This document shows, piece by piece, positions 46,155-58,746 of a stretch of DNA of 64,000 nt. Origin of the DNA: Sulfuriferula sp. (GTDB lineage: Bacteria > Pseudomonadota > Gammaproteobacteria > Burkholderiales > Sulfuriferulaceae); assembly GCA_013140765.1 (NCBI GenBank), contig JABFSE010000016.1, positions 320-64,319 of the forward strand, written 5' to 3'. Each line of letters begins with the position of its first letter. Within the stretch, counting starts at the first letter, position 1. The translations under genes and the position numbers were made by a program. A model generated the notes under the pieces. It was not told the DNA's origin, ran no database searches, and saw only the letters and a list, made by a program, of their open reading frames with translations.

Positions 46155-46565
46155 ATGACTTTTTATAAGGTACTGAACATGAGAAAATTACTGAAAATTA
46201 TGCTACTAATTATTACCACATGGGTATTTATAAGCATATTTATAACTGAAATAAACAGCAAAAATTCAATACCATTGGTAAATAAGCCTATGCAATTACT
46301 ATCAAATGGCATTGCTCACGTAGCAGCTAACACCACTAATAATGTATATGAAAAAATGACTGCTAATCAGGCACTGCGTATCCAAGAGAATAATGATTTA
46401 ATACAACGCAAAAAACGTTTAGCATCATTATCGGGATGCTCTACAAACGCAAAACGGACAAACTGCAAATGCTTTGATAAATTTGGCAGTATAGAATCCA
46501 TTTTGAATAAGGAGCAATGCCTTGCTGTAGTTGATAGAGGCTTAGCAGCACTAAATGATTTCTAA
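46155..46565 (+). CDS. AT-rich hypothetical protein with N-terminal membrane anchor
   Basis: Hydrophobic N-terminus and four C-terminal Cys. Visibly AT-rich. Start could be 46179. Confidence 0.6.
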   Translation: MTFYKVLNMRKLLKIMLLIITTWVFISIFITEINSKNSIPLVNKPMQLLSNGIAHVAANTTNNVYEKMTANQALRIQENNDLIQRKKRLASLSGCSTNAKRTNCKCFDKFGSIESILNKEQCLAVVDRGLAALNDF

Positions 46566-46573
46566 GCCACCGC

Positions 46574-47407
46574 TCACTGCCGCGCATGGCGCAAATTTGG
46601 CGGCAAACCGCCCACACTAAAATTCGTCCGCCAAGGGTTAATATCCAAGCCACCACGGCGCGTGTAGCGGGCGTAAACTGATAATTTCATCGGTTGACAG
46701 TGGCGCATAATATCGACAAAAATGCGCTCCACGCACTGCTCATGGAATTCATTGTGATTACGGAAACCTATCAAATAGCGCAATAAACCTTCGGCATTGA
46801 TAGCCGCCCCCACATAATGTATCTGCACCGTTGCCCAGTCAGGCTGACCCGTAACTAGGCAATTTGACTTGAGCAAATGCGATAAATAGGTTTGGGTGAC
46901 GGTTTCGGTGCCATCTACCCGCAATAAATCGGGGTTGGGTGTATAGCTATCCACGTCTATATCCAAACGGTCTAGCAACTCACCTGCCATCTCGCCCATA
47001 GACAACGCCCCAAAATCATCAGGCAAGGTTAATTGTACTTGGACATGCCCGCCAACAGCCGCGCTCACATCCGCGCGTAATTGCGCCACTAATTGCTCAT
47101 GACTGGCTAGACGGGTTTGATTATACGAATTCAAATACAGTTTGAACGACTTCGATTCTATGATGTTAGGCGTATCCGCAGACACAATAAACATCGCAAT
47201 CGCTACCTGCGGCTTACCTCGCGCATTAAGCCAAGACAGCTCGTAAGCATTCCAAATATCCGCACCCATGAAAGGCAAATCAGCCGTCAAACCGATTTCA
47301 TCGCGTTTAGTCTGGCGCGGAATAGGAAATAGCAAGCTGGGGTCATATTCTGTTTTATAGCAAACGGGCTGACCCAGCACACTTGCTGTCAGGGGTAGTG
47401 TTGTCAT
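46574..47407 (-). CDS. queF: NADPH-dependent 7-cyano-7-deazaguanine reductase
   Basis: [53 protein letters not shown]. Confidence 0.96.
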   Translation of the reverse strand: MTTLPLTASVLGQPVCYKTEYDPSLLFPIPRQTKRDEIGLTADLPFMGADIWNAYELSWLNARGKPQVAIAMFIVSADTPNIIESKSFKLYLNSYNQTRLASHEQLVAQLRADVSAAVGGHVQVQLTLPDDFGALSMGEMAGELLDRLDIDVDSYTPNPDLLRVDGTETVTQTYLSHLLKSNCLVTGQPDWATVQIHYVGAAINAEGLLRYLIGFRNHNEFHEQCVERIFVDIMRHCQPMKLSVYARYTRRGGLDINPWRTNFSVGGLPPNLRHARQ

Positions 47408-48333
47408 AGCGCGTAAGGTAAATTTTGCAAACTTAGCACCGCGCCATCCAAAGATTTAAGATGCAACGACTCAGCCGCCACACTGCTAATCTGCATCACC
47501 GCCAACGCGTCCCAGCCACCAGCTGGCGCGGCTTCAGCATTGACTATCATGCCCATCGCCTGCCCTTCCATATCGGCACTGTAAATCTCATCACCCGCCG
47601 CCATCGCTTCATCGCTATGCACTAAATACATACGTCGTTTTAATTTACCCAGATATTGCGTGCGGGCAACAATTTCTTGCCCTGTATAGCAACCTTTTTG
47701 AAAATTAACGCTATTGGTCAAATCGAAATTAACCATCTGCGGCACGAATTGCTCTTGTGTTGCGGCGGTGATAGTAGGAACGCCTGCTTGAATTGCCAGC
47801 CAATGCCAGTGACTCGTCGTCGTAGCCTCTGCATAAACAGCGAGTTTTGCTAATATCGTCGCCTTATCGGCCATCGGTACACTGAGTTGATAACGTGATT
47901 GCGATAAACGTATCACGCTCACGCCTGCCACATGCTGCACTTGCATATCCGTATCTAACACGCAAGCAAACGCTTGATTGATAACCTCAGCCGCATTTTG
48001 TCCAGCGCACCCTAATTGCGCATATTCCGCACGCGCATCCCGCGCTTTAACTTTAGAACGCAAAATATACATAGATAAGCGTTTCTGCAAACTAGCTTGC
48101 AGTTCGGCAGGCAATTGCATTAAATAACAACCATCTTGTTGCCACAACATAAAGCTACCGAGCAAACGCCCTTTTGGCGAGCACAGTCCGCTGTATTGCG
48201 CCTGTCCTGCATCTAGCTTACGCGCATCATTTGTTAGCTGACCTTGTAAAAAGTTTACCGTATCGTCGCCCGCAAAGGCAATCAGACCCACATCAGTCAA
48301 ATCCACAACGCACGCCGTATTCATTGTTGTCAT
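47404..48333 (-). CDS. ygfZ: Folate-binding Fe-S cluster repair / tRNA-modifying protein
   Basis: [21 protein letters not shown] signature. Confidence 0.93.
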   Translation of the reverse strand: MTTMNTACVVDLTDVGLIAFAGDDTVNFLQGQLTNDARKLDAGQAQYSGLCSPKGRLLGSFMLWQQDGCYLMQLPAELQASLQKRLSMYILRSKVKARDARAEYAQLGCAGQNAAEVINQAFACVLDTDMQVQHVAGVSVIRLSQSRYQLSVPMADKATILAKLAVYAEATTTSHWHWLAIQAGVPTITAATQEQFVPQMVNFDLTNSVNFQKGCYTGQEIVARTQYLGKLKRRMYLVHSDEAMAAGDEIYSADMEGQAMGMIVNAEAAPAGGWDALAVMQISSVAAESLHLKSLDGAVLSLQNLPYAL

Positions 48334-48406
48334 ATATCGTTAAGTCATTGTAATAAAGTGAACACTATTCTACCTAAAAAAACACCAGATAAAAAACGTA
48401 AGCAAC

Positions 48407-48436
48407 AAAAAAGCCGACCATCAGGTCGGCTTTTTT
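48407..48436. terminator. Intrinsic terminator
   Basis: AAAAAAGCCGACC-ATCA-GGTCGGCTTTTTT. Confidence 0.9.
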
Positions 48437-48454
48437 GCAAACAAGAATAAATTC

Positions 48455-48691
48455 TTATTTAGCAGCTGGAGCAGCAGCGTCAGCTGGCGCAGCAGCAGGT
48501 GCAGCAGCGTCGGCTGGAGCAGCAGCAGGTGCAGCTTCAGCAGGAGCAGCTGGAGCAGCAGCAGGCGCTTCAGCAGCAGGTGCAGCAGCAGCTGGTGCAG
48601 CAGCGTCAGCAGGAGCAGCAGCTTCTTCTTTTTTACCACAAGCAGTTAAAGTTAAAGCCATCAAAGCAGCGATCAGTAAAGAACGGGTCAT
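48455..48691 (-). CDS. Ala/Pro-rich small lipoprotein, 78 aa
   Basis: Lipobox LTAC, then repeats of PADAAA/PAAEA. GGAG RBS. Confidence 0.85.
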   Translation of the reverse strand: MTRSLLIAALMALTLTACGKKEEAAAPADAAAPAAAAPAAEAPAAAPAAPAEAAPAAAPADAAAPAAAPADAAAPAAK

Positions 48692-48942
48692 TATGTGAAT
48701 CTCCAAAAAAATTAAAATACACTAAAAAATCCAAATGCACACACCCTGTATGAAGTGTGAACGTGGACAAACGAAGAATCTATTCGTTCGTGTGAAAATT
48801 ATACGCATTATTTTTTATTTGTGTACATCAGTTATTAAATTTTTTCGCATATTAGCAACACTACACCATGATAAAATACGCAGAACAGTCGAGATTTACA
48901 TTTTTTAACCATTTCAAACCCAACCCACTGAGGATGCTTACC

Positions 48943-50190
48943 ATGTTTAGTCACCACAATACGATAGCCGTCACCGACCCAGACTTATGGAAAACCATGG
49001 AAGACGAACGCATTCGTCAAGAAGATCACATCGAACTCATCGCTTCTGAAAACTACACCAGCACCGCCGTCATGGAAGCGCAAGGCTCAGTGCTCACTAA
49101 TAAATACGCCGAAGGCTACCCTGGCAAACGCTATTACGGCGGCTGTGAATATGTCGATGTAGCAGAGCAATTAGCTATCGATCGTGTTAAGCAGTTATTT
49201 GGTGCTGAATACGCTAACGTCCAACCGCACTCAGGCTCGCAAGCCAATGCCGCTGTTTACTTGGCTGTGCTCAAGCCTGGCGATACCATATTAGGCATGT
49301 CATTAGCCCATGGTGGTCACTTGACGCACGGGGCATCGGTGAATTTTTCAGGTAAATTATTTAACGCGATTGCTTACGGTTTGCACCCAGAAACCGAAGA
49401 AATTGACTATGACGAAGTTGCTCGCTTGGCATTAGAACACAAACCTAAAATGATAGTTGCAGGTGCGTCAGCCTATTCATTAGTCATAGATTGGCAGCGT
49501 TTCCGTGAAATTGCGGATAGCGTAGGCGCATATCTCTTCGTTGATATGGCACATTACGCAGGCTTAGTCGCCGCTGGTGTTTACCCTAGCCCTGTAGGCA
49601 TTGCCGATTTCGTCACCTCCACCACGCACAAAACCTTGCGCGGTCCACGCGGCGGCTTGATACTATCGCGGGCTGAATTTGAAAAAGCGTTGAACTCCAG
49701 CATTTTCCCTAGCACCCAAGGCGGTCCGTTGATGCACGTCATTGCCGCCAAGGCAATTGCATTCAAAGAAGCCATGAGCGACGATTTCAAAACCTATCAA
49801 ACACAAGTGATAGCCAACGCACGCATTATGGCCGACACCCTAATCAAACGCGGCTTACGCATCGTTTCTGGGCGCACCGACTCGCACCTGTTCTTAGTCG
49901 ATTTGCAAGCCAAAAACATCACTGGCAAGGACGCTGAAGCGGCATTAGGTTTGGCACACATTACCGTCAATAAAAACGCGATACCGAACGACCCACAAAA
50001 ACCATTTGTGACCTCAGGTATTCGTATCGGCACTGCGGCAATGACCACACGCGGCTTTGGCGCGACAGAAGCAGAACAACTAGCGCATTTAATCGCCGAT
50101 GTGTTAGACGCGCCTACCGATGCGGCAGTGCTTGCACGCGTTGCAACTGACGCGCAAGCCATGTGCAACCGTTATCCTGTTTATGGTTAA
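48943..50190 (+). CDS. glyA: Serine hydroxymethyltransferase
   Basis: [47 protein letters not shown] before 48943. Confidence 0.98.
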   Translation: MFSHHNTIAVTDPDLWKTMEDERIRQEDHIELIASENYTSTAVMEAQGSVLTNKYAEGYPGKRYYGGCEYVDVAEQLAIDRVKQLFGAEYANVQPHSGSQANAAVYLAVLKPGDTILGMSLAHGGHLTHGASVNFSGKLFNAIAYGLHPETEEIDYDEVARLALEHKPKMIVAGASAYSLVIDWQRFREIADSVGAYLFVDMAHYAGLVAAGVYPSPVGIADFVTSTTHKTLRGPRGGLILSRAEFEKALNSSIFPSTQGGPLMHVIAAKAIAFKEAMSDDFKTYQTQVIANARIMADTLIKRGLRIVSGRTDSHLFLVDLQAKNITGKDAEAALGLAHITVNKNAIPNDPQKPFVTSGIRIGTAAMTTRGFGATEAEQLAHLIADVLDAPTDAAVLARVATDAQAMCNRYPVYG

Positions 50191-50199
50191 TCTAACCCA

Positions 50200-50658
50200 A
50201 TGAAATGTCCTTTTTGCAATTCGTTTGATACCCATGTATTAGACTCCCGCGTTACCGAAACAGGTGACGCGGTACGCAGGCGGCGGCGTTGTGCCGCTTG
50301 TGATAAACGTTTTACCACCTATGAGACAGTAGAGCTACGTTTGCCGCAAGTCGTCAAAACCAATGCAAGTCGCGAAGAGTTTTCACCCGAAAAACTACGC
50401 GAAGGCTTTCGTCGCGCCTTGCATAAACGCCCTGTACCAACGGAATATGTCGATCAAGAAATCCACCAAATAGTGCAACACGTACTCGCATTAGGTGAGC
50501 GTGAAATACCTGCACGACAAGTCGGCGAAATGGTCATGCACGCGCTTAAACGCTTGGACAAAATAGCTTACATACGCTTTGCGTCAGTTTACAAAAGTTT
50601 TCAGGATGTCGATGATTTCCGCGACATGCTCAGAGATTTAGACAAGCTCGACAAATGA
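50200..50658 (+). CDS. nrdR: Transcriptional repressor NrdR
   Basis: MKCPFC...[18 protein letters not shown] cone, AYIRFASVY. Confidence 0.97.
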   Translation: MKCPFCNSFDTHVLDSRVTETGDAVRRRRRCAACDKRFTTYETVELRLPQVVKTNASREEFSPEKLREGFRRALHKRPVPTEYVDQEIHQIVQHVLALGEREIPARQVGEMVMHALKRLDKIAYIRFASVYKSFQDVDDFRDMLRDLDKLDK

Positions 50659-51752
50659 ACGCTTGGTCAGATGCTGATTACCGCTACATGGCACACGCGC
50701 TACAACTCGCGGAGCGTGGTTTATACACCACCGCGCCCAATCCCCGCGTCGGTTGTGTCATCGTTAACAACGATCAAATCGTAGGTCAAGGCTGGCATCA
50801 ACGCGCAGGCGAAGCGCACGCCGAGGTATTCGCATTACAAGCCGCAGGCGAGCAAGCACGTGGCGCGACGGTGTATGTCACACTAGAGCCTTGCAGTCAC
50901 TTCGGGCGCACCCCACCTTGTGCTGACACGCTTATCCGTGCAGGCATAGCACGTGTGGTGGTTGCCATGCAAGACCCTAATCCGCAAGTCGCGGGGAATG
51001 GTTTGGCACGTTTACTAGCGGCGGGCATAGCTACCAGCAGTGGGCTATTAGCAACACAAGCATCCGAACTCAATCGCGGCTTTATTCAGCGCATGACGTA
51101 CAATCGCCCTTGGGTGACGATTAAAACCGCATCTAGTCTAGACGGTAAAACAGCTTTATCATCAGGCGAGAGTAAATGGATTACGGGCGCACCCGCGCGT
51201 TTGGACGTGCACAAGCTCCGCGCCCGCTCATGCGCTATACTCACAGGCATAGGCACGGTATTGGCAGACGATCCCAAGCTCAATGTGCGCGACATCGCCA
51301 CTACCCGCCAGCCGTTAAAAATCATCGTTGACACGCATTTGCGCACGCCCATACACGCAACAATTTTGCAACAATCAGGCACTATCATTGCGCATAATTG
51401 CACCGATTTAGCAAAGCAATCCGCTTTAATCGTGGCAGGGGCTGAGTTATTGCACATTAGTCACACCCCGCAACAAGTGCATTTACCCAGCCTCATGACT
51501 TTGCTGGCGCAACGCGGTATCAATGAAATCATGACTGAAGCGGGGGCTACACTCAATGCGGCGTTAATTGAAGCTGATTTAGTCGATACTTGGGTGATGT
51601 ATATGGCATCGACCTTGCTTGGTCAAGACGCACGAGGCTTGTTTAATTTGCCGCAACCTACTAGCATGGCGGCACGACGGCAATTAAACATTACAGACAC
51701 GCGCCTGATAGGGCGTGATTTACGCATTACTTCGCACTTTACGAAAGACTAG
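50655..51752 (+). CDS. ribD: Riboflavin biosynthesis deaminase/reductase
   Basis: PNPRVGC, HAE, TLEPCSH..TPPC, SLDGK. Confidence 0.97.
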   Translation: MNAWSDADYRYMAHALQLAERGLYTTAPNPRVGCVIVNNDQIVGQGWHQRAGEAHAEVFALQAAGEQARGATVYVTLEPCSHFGRTPPCADTLIRAGIARVVVAMQDPNPQVAGNGLARLLAAGIATSSGLLATQASELNRGFIQRMTYNRPWVTIKTASSLDGKTALSSGESKWITGAPARLDVHKLRARSCAILTGIGTVLADDPKLNVRDIATTRQPLKIIVDTHLRTPIHATILQQSGTIIAHNCTDLAKQSALIVAGAELLHISHTPQQVHLPSLMTLLAQRGINEIMTEAGATLNAALIEADLVDTWVMYMASTLLGQDARGLFNLPQPTSMAARRQLNITDTRLIGRDLRITSHFTKD

Positions 51753-51755
51753 ACC

Positions 51756-52763
51756 ATGCTTTGGGTAGAACTACTAGGATATTTAATCCTCATTTTGATT
51801 GCGGCAGAAGTATTCGTCAACGCGTTGGAGCACTTGGGCGAAAAGCTCAATATCTCCGAGGGTGTGACAGGCTCGCTATTTGCCGCTGTCGGCACAGCAT
51901 TGCCAGAAACCTTAGTACCTGTGCTCGCTATTTTCGCAGGCACGTCTAACGCCGCAGTCAATCAAGAAATAGGCGTAGGCGCAATTTTAGGCGCACCGCT
52001 GATGTTAGCGACGCTCTCGCTCTCTTTACTCAGCTTTGCCGTGTTACGTAAACGCGGCGTAACAGGCACTTATACGCCTGAACGGACAGGATTAACACGC
52101 GACCTTAATTTTTTCTTAGTCGCATTTAGCCTCGCTTGCCTAGCCATGTTCGTACCCCACGACAACAGCACCATACGCGCCGCCTTATCATTTGGCATGG
52201 TCTTTATTTACTTTATTTACATCATGGTGACTTTACGCGCATCAGCGGCGTTAGTTGAGGACGGCCACGGTACAGAAGCAGCCAGCATTATGTTTTTAAG
52301 CCGCATCGGCATACCGACCAACATGCCCACCATTATCATTCAGCTAGTTCTGGGCTTAGCTTTGCTGGTATTGGGTGCTGAGGGCTTTATACACGGTATT
52401 GAACTCGCCGCACCCATCATCGGCATTTCTGCACTCATGCTGTCGTTAATGATAGTGCCGATTGCGACTGAACTACCTGAAAAGGTCAACAGTATTTTGT
52501 GGATACGCCGCGACAAAGACACCTTGGCATTTGGCAATATCACAGGGGCGATGGTGTTTCAAGGCACATTATTACCTGCTATTGGTATTAGCTTAACACC
52601 GTGGACAGCGCAACCTGCGGTGTTCTTAGGTATCGTTATCACCCTCATTGCCGCCGTTTGGCTACGTATCATGCTGGCGATAGGCGGCTTGAAGGTATGG
52701 CATTTATGGCTTAACGGTTCGCTCTATGTGTTGTATTTAGGGTTGATGCTATTCTATATTTAA
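51756..52763 (+). CDS. Sodium:calcium antiporter family protein
   Basis: Two alpha repeats GTALPE and ATELPE, about 10 TM helices. Confidence 0.85.
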   Translation: MLWVELLGYLILILIAAEVFVNALEHLGEKLNISEGVTGSLFAAVGTALPETLVPVLAIFAGTSNAAVNQEIGVGAILGAPLMLATLSLSLLSFAVLRKRGVTGTYTPERTGLTRDLNFFLVAFSLACLAMFVPHDNSTIRAALSFGMVFIYFIYIMVTLRASAALVEDGHGTEAASIMFLSRIGIPTNMPTIIIQLVLGLALLVLGAEGFIHGIELAAPIIGISALMLSLMIVPIATELPEKVNSILWIRRDKDTLAFGNITGAMVFQGTLLPAIGISLTPWTAQPAVFLGIVITLIAAVWLRIMLAIGGLKVWHLWLNGSLYVLYLGLMLFYI

Positions 52764-54074
52764 CCGCTCTAAGCGATACCGTAGTGCGCGAAAAGTAATA
52801 CCCAATAATTTCGCCGCTGCGGTTTTGTTATAACGCGTTTGCGTCAACGCTTCCTCAATCGCTACCCGCTCCAAGCCATCCAAATAATCCTGCAACGGCC
52901 ATTTAGCGCCTGCTACGCGTGGCAATGCTGGCTCGTCTTCTATCGGCACTAAATGTAAATCTGCCACGTCCAGCACTGCGCTAGATGCCAATGCTAATGC
53001 CCGCTCTAATATATTTTCCAGCTCGCGCACGTTACCAGGAAAATCATACAATGCCAGTGCTTTGACCGCCGCTGGCGTTAATCGCGGCGGCGCAACACCT
53101 GCTTCGTTTGCTAAACGCAATAACAACGTCTGCGCCATTTCTGCCACATCTTCACGCATTTCACGCAATGCTGGCATTTTCAAGCTAATCACATTCAAGC
53201 GATAAAACAAATCCTGCCGAAAACGCCCCAGCTCCACACATTGCAATAAATTTTGATGGGTCGCGCTAATAATACGTACATCTACTGGCTCTTCCACGCT
53301 GTTGCCTAATTTGCGCACTTTCTTTTCTTGTATGACGCGCAACAGTTTTACTTGCATTAACAATGGCAAATCGGCCACTTCATCCAAAAATATTGTGCCG
53401 CCTTGAGCCGCTTGAAAAAAGCCATCACGCTCGCTATCCGCGCCTGTAAACGCACCTTTTTTATAACCAAAAAATTCCGATTCCATCAAATTTTCAGGTA
53501 TCGCACCGCAGTTGACGGCAACGAATGGCATCGCCGCACGATTGCTTTGCTGGTGTATCAATCGCGCCGCCAACTCTTTACCACTACCCGATTCACCCGT
53601 AATGTAAACAGGTGCTTGCGTGCGTGCTAATTTTGCAATCAACTCCCGCGCTTGTTGCATCGCAGGTGAAGTACCGACCAAACCGTGCATACTCAGTTTA
53701 TCCAACGCAGGCGTTTGCAAAGCCGATTTCACCAATGCCCGCAATTGCTCCAGCGTCACAGGCTTATTGATATAGTCAAACGCGCCCGCCTTGAGCGCGA
53801 CAACCGCATTATCGGTATTGCCATGCGCGGTGAACACCGCCACTGGCAAAGTTGGCTGTACTTGTTGAATATGACGAATAATCTCCAACCCATCGCCATC
53901 AGGTAGGCGCATATCGGTCAAACACAGCGCAAAATGCTGTTCGGCTATCAACGCCTTGGCACTACCAACATTATCAGCTTTAGTGACATCCAAACCCATG
54001 CGTAATAAGCTGATTTCCAACAGCTCTAAAATATCGGCTTCATCGTCTATGATAAGCACATTATGCGTCAACAT
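52749..54074 (-). CDS. pilR: sigma54-dependent response regulator PilR
   Basis: Receiver domain, GESGSGKE, ESEFFGYKKGAFTGA, FRQDLFYRLNV, Fis-type HTH. Confidence 0.92.
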   Translation of the reverse strand: MLTHNVLIIDDEADILELLEISLLRMGLDVTKADNVGSAKALIAEQHFALCLTDMRLPDGDGLEIIRHIQQVQPTLPVAVFTAHGNTDNAVVALKAGAFDYINKPVTLEQLRALVKSALQTPALDKLSMHGLVGTSPAMQQARELIAKLARTQAPVYITGESGSGKELAARLIHQQSNRAAMPFVAVNCGAIPENLMESEFFGYKKGAFTGADSERDGFFQAAQGGTIFLDEVADLPLLMQVKLLRVIQEKKVRKLGNSVEEPVDVRIISATHQNLLQCVELGRFRQDLFYRLNVISLKMPALREMREDVAEMAQTLLLRLANEAGVAPPRLTPAAVKALALYDFPGNVRELENILERALALASSAVLDVADLHLVPIEDEPALPRVAGAKWPLQDYLDGLERVAIEEALTQTRYNKTAAAKLLGITFRALRYRLERLNIE

Positions 54075-55660
54075 CTTGCCTCCAAACAGCTGATTCTAAA
54101 ATGACCACCCATACCTGGCACGTACTCCAAACTGGCTTGATTCGCCAGACACAATTCTTTAGAAATATACAAACCCAAGCCCGTTCCCGTACTCACAGTG
54201 GTAAAAAATGGCTCAAATAATTGCGTTAAATTTTCAGGTTTAACGCCCGCACCATCATCTTGCACATCAATAGTCACCACGTTTCTTGTTTGCGCTACCG
54301 TAATAAAAACGCTACCTGGTTGTTGCTGAGAATGACGTACCGCGTTCAATAATAAATTACTCATCACCTGCCACAAATGCGCTGAATCAAAGCTAATCGC
54401 CAAAGCTGGCAGACAAGTCCATTGTATCCAAGTTACGTCCAATTGATGCGCTTGCCTAAATTCATCGACTAACTTGGTTAAAAAAACAAACAGCACAACA
54501 CGCTCAACTTGCGCACGGTCACGCCGATTCAACGCCATCACATCAGTCACTAAATGGTTAATACGCTGGGTATTATTGAGCACGATTTCCAACAAACGCT
54601 GTTGCGTTTTATTCGCTTGCGCATCTTCTTGCAGTATTTCAGTCGCATGGCTAATTGCCGCCAGCGGATTACGAATTTCGTGGGCGATATTGGCGGTCAA
54701 ACGCCCCAACGCCGCGAGTTTGATTTGTTGCGCCTGCGCGTTAATGTGCGTCATGTCTTCAAGCACCAACACTGCACCCATGACGCGCTTATCCGTCACC
54801 GCGATAAAACGAGGCAAATACTGCCCATCCATATTGCCTAGCGTGACAGGCGGAAAGCTCAACAAGGGGTTTTTGCGCCATTGCGACAAATAATCCAGTA
54901 ATACAGGCACGCTGGATAAATCCACATTAGCCGCCCCCAGCAACACCAACGCCCGCTGATTCGCTTGACGTATGCCGCTCTCACCGTCAAGCACCACCAC
55001 CCCATCCTGCATATCATCAATCACCAACTGATTGATTTGCGCCATATTTTCCAAATCCACCGCGCGTGCACTGGCCAACGCCTCACTCACACGCAGACGT
55101 TGTGCCAACACTTGCGCGATACCTGCTGTCACAAAAAAGACGATACCCAACAAACCAGCTTGCGCATAATCGCCAGCGGCTTGTTGCCCATTAAGCGTGC
55201 TCAAAGTTTGCACCAACAACACGCCAAATACGGCAATAGCCGCGTGGAACAAAGCAATTCGTCCCTGCGCCACTAAACCACTTGAAGCTACCGTCACTAC
55301 CAACAGCAAGCCTAAGCCACTGCGCACGCCACCCACCGACATCATCATCAACACCACCATTACGATGTCAGTCAGCACCTGCATGTTAAGCTGCACATTA
55401 AAAGAAGGTCGGCGCAGGCTAATCGTCATGATAAATAACGCCGCCAACCCTAAGTATATCGTGCTATAAACCGCAAACATCACCGTACTGGCGTGTTCAA
55501 AACGCAGGTTATTACTATCCAAATAGGTCGATAGCAAAAACACACCCGAGATAATTAAGCGATATAGATTAAGATAATGTAACGACTTCCAGCCACGCAC
55601 GACGTGGTCACTGGCGTCAGCCGCAGGATAGGCAAAAAAAGGATGTTGGAATAGACTCAC
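54068..55660 (-). CDS. pilS: Sensor histidine kinase PilS
   Basis: Six TM helices, AHEIRNPL, NLLLNA, DDGAG, FEPFFTT, GTGLGL. Confidence 0.9.
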   Translation of the reverse strand: MSLFQHPFFAYPAADASDHVVRGWKSLHYLNLYRLIISGVFLLSTYLDSNNLRFEHASTVMFAVYSTIYLGLAALFIMTISLRRPSFNVQLNMQVLTDIVMVVLMMMSVGGVRSGLGLLLVVTVASSGLVAQGRIALFHAAIAVFGVLLVQTLSTLNGQQAAGDYAQAGLLGIVFFVTAGIAQVLAQRLRVSEALASARAVDLENMAQINQLVIDDMQDGVVVLDGESGIRQANQRALVLLGAANVDLSSVPVLLDYLSQWRKNPLLSFPPVTLGNMDGQYLPRFIAVTDKRVMGAVLVLEDMTHINAQAQQIKLAALGRLTANIAHEIRNPLAAISHATEILQEDAQANKTQQRLLEIVLNNTQRINHLVTDVMALNRRDRAQVERVVLFVFLTKLVDEFRQAHQLDVTWIQWTCLPALAISFDSAHLWQVMSNLLLNAVRHSQQQPGSVFITVAQTRNVVTIDVQDDGAGVKPENLTQLFEPFFTTVSTGTGLGLYISKELCLANQASLEYVPGMGGHFRISCLEARC

Positions 55661-55875
55661 TGGCGAGCAGAGAACTCGTCATGGTGCAGGGCACTACAAA
55701 ACCACACGCCCGTACCAGACACCGCCTCACTTTGCGGCAAATGCACACCACAATGCGCACAACGCACCATATTTTCAGTCGGCTTAACGCGTGGCTTAGT
55801 TTGGCGCGGCGCGGGCTTACGCCACCACCAATACAATGCGCCGCCCACCAATAACAACAATAACAATTTAGCCAT
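55657..55875 (-). CDS. PP0621-family small protein
   Basis: N-terminal TM, MVRCAHCGVHLP..EA...FCS..H. Confidence 0.85.
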   Translation of the reverse strand: MAKLLLLLLVGGALYWWWRKPAPRQTKPRVKPTENMVRCAHCGVHLPQSEAVSGTGVWFCSALHHDEFSARQ

Positions 55876-56843
55876 TAACTACTCCGACTAACAGAAAACT
55901 CAGCCAAACGTATCAACATTTGCTTATGCTCACTCTCAGGCAAACCAGCAATCGCCGCCACTGCCAAGCTAACCTCAGCTTGCGCCTGTGCCCGCGTATA
56001 ATCCAATGCCCCACTAGACAGCACCGCCGCCAGCACTTCATCAAACACCTCAACACCGCCATTCTCTATCGCATGACGCACTAACTTAGCTTGCGCTGGC
56101 GTGCCGTGTTGCAACAAATATAACAACGGCAAGGTCGGCTTGCCCTCGACTAAATCATCACCGACATTTTTACCGATTTCCTCATGGCTGCCCGCGTAAT
56201 CGAGCACATCATCAATCAACTGAAATGCCGTACCTAAGTGCATACCATAATTAGCCAACGCTTGCTCAGTCACACTATCCGTCCCTGCCAATATGCCGCC
56301 TAAGCGCATTGCCGCCTCAAATAATTTAGCTGTTTTATAGCGTATCACCTGTAAATAATCCGCTTCGCTAATGTCCGCATCGTTACAATTCATCAACTGC
56401 AACACCTCACCTTCAGCGATAACATTAGTCGCATCAGACAACACTTCCATCACTCGCATTTGCCCCACGCCAACCATCATTTGGAACGCACGCGAATACA
56501 AAAAATCACCGACCAATACACTCGCCGCATTGCCAAATAACGCATTCGCGGTATCGCGCCCGCGCCGCATATCAGATTCGTCCACCACATCATCATGCAG
56601 CAAAGTCGCCGTATGGATAAATTCCACCACCGCCGCCAGTTCCAAATGATGCTCACCCTGATACGCTACCGCACCCGCCGACAGCAATACCAAAGCAGGG
56701 CGCAAACGCTTGCCGCCACTACTAATAATATACTCAGCCACTTGGCTTACTAACACCACTTCGGTATGCAACCGCGCACGAATTACCGCATCGACACGAC
56801 GCATATCTGCGTCTAAAAAAGCCTGAATTGACTGCATCATCAC
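55875..56843 (-). CDS. ispB: Octaprenyl diphosphate synthase
   Basis: GGKRLRP, HDDVVDESDMRRG, FQLIDDVLD, GKPTLP. Confidence 0.95.
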   Translation of the reverse strand: MMMQSIQAFLDADMRRVDAVIRARLHTEVVLVSQVAEYIISSGGKRLRPALVLLSAGAVAYQGEHHLELAAVVEFIHTATLLHDDVVDESDMRRGRDTANALFGNAASVLVGDFLYSRAFQMMVGVGQMRVMEVLSDATNVIAEGEVLQLMNCNDADISEADYLQVIRYKTAKLFEAAMRLGGILAGTDSVTEQALANYGMHLGTAFQLIDDVLDYAGSHEEIGKNVGDDLVEGKPTLPLLYLLQHGTPAQAKLVRHAIENGGVEVFDEVLAAVLSSGALDYTRAQAQAEVSLAVAAIAGLPESEHKQMLIRLAEFSVSRSS

Positions 56844-56926
56844 TAACCGTTATAAAATATAATTACATGGTAGGCAGGCATAACCGCTTAGTCAAGCACA
56901 CCCCATTTCATGGTGATAACTTAGAT

Positions 56927-56955
56927 TTGACGTTTCCTATTGATTTCTATATAAT
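56927..56955 (+). promoter_or_regulatory. sigma70 promoter for rplU-rpmA
   Basis: TTGACG-17 nt-TATAAT. Confidence 0.8.
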
Positions 56956-56996
56956 TATACGTCTCATTTTGAGCAATTAGAAATTTGGAGTTTACT

Positions 56997-57308
56997 ATGT
57001 ATGCGGTCATAAAAACTGGTGGCAAGCAGTATCGCGTTGTCACTGGCGAAAAAATTAAAGTAGAACAGATCACCGCGGACGTAGGCAGCGAAATTGTGTT
57101 AGATCAAGTGTTTATGGTTGCCAATGGCGACGATATCAAGATCGGCGCACCGCTAGTCAACGGCGCAAAGGTAACAGCTACGGTGGTATCACACGGTCGT
57201 CACGACAAGGTCAAGATTTTCAAAATGCGCCGTCGTAAGCACTACCAAAAACACCAAGGTCATCGTCAAAATTACACCGAAATCCAGATCAGCGGCATTT
57301 CAGCTTAA
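56997..57308 (+). CDS. rplU: 50S ribosomal protein L21
   Basis: [12 protein letters not shown]...GHRQ. Confidence 0.99.
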   Translation: MYAVIKTGGKQYRVVTGEKIKVEQITADVGSEIVLDQVFMVANGDDIKIGAPLVNGAKVTATVVSHGRHDKVKIFKMRRRKHYQKHQGHRQNYTEIQISGISA

Positions 57309-57319
57309 GGAGCTAAAAC

Positions 57320-57583
57320 ATGGCACACAAGAAAGCAGGCGGTAGTTCACGTAACGGCCGCGACTCGCACTCGAAACGCTTAGGCGTTAAACGCTACGGT
57401 GGTCAATTAGTGGCTGCTGGTAACATCATTATTCGTCAACGTGGCACAGAATTCCACGCAGGCGAAAACGTAGGCATGGGCAAGGATCACACCTTGTTCG
57501 CTACCGTTGAAGGCACTGTGCAATTTGCCATCAAAGGCGCGTTCAAACGCAGAACAGTTAGCATTATTCCTGTTGCCGCGTAA
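57320..57583 (+). CDS. rpmA: 50S ribosomal protein L27
   Basis: [16 protein letters not shown]. Confidence 0.99.
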   Translation: MAHKKAGGSSRNGRDSHSKRLGVKRYGGQLVAAGNIIIRQRGTEFHAGENVGMGKDHTLFATVEGTVQFAIKGAFKRRTVSIIPVAA

Positions 57584-57602
57584 AGCAATTAGTAGCACAC
57601 TC

Positions 57603-57630
57603 AAGCCCTATCTCAGGATAGGGCTTTTTT
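57603..57630 (+). terminator. Intrinsic terminator after rpmA
   Basis: AAGCCCTATC-TCAG-GATAGGGCTT followed by a T run. Confidence 0.85.
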
Positions 57631-57655
57631 ATATTTATCGCCACACACACCGTAA

Positions 57656-58744
<1,089 letters not shown>

Positions 58745-58746
58745 GC

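Noticed and set aside
48499-48753. Poly-Gln ORF and Ala-rich plus-strand ORF 48435-48698
   Set aside because: Antisense readings of the Ala/Pro lipoprotein repeats.
48707-48942. ZTP (pfl) riboswitch upstream of glyA
   Set aside because: The region is AT-rich and lacks the conserved pfl elements.
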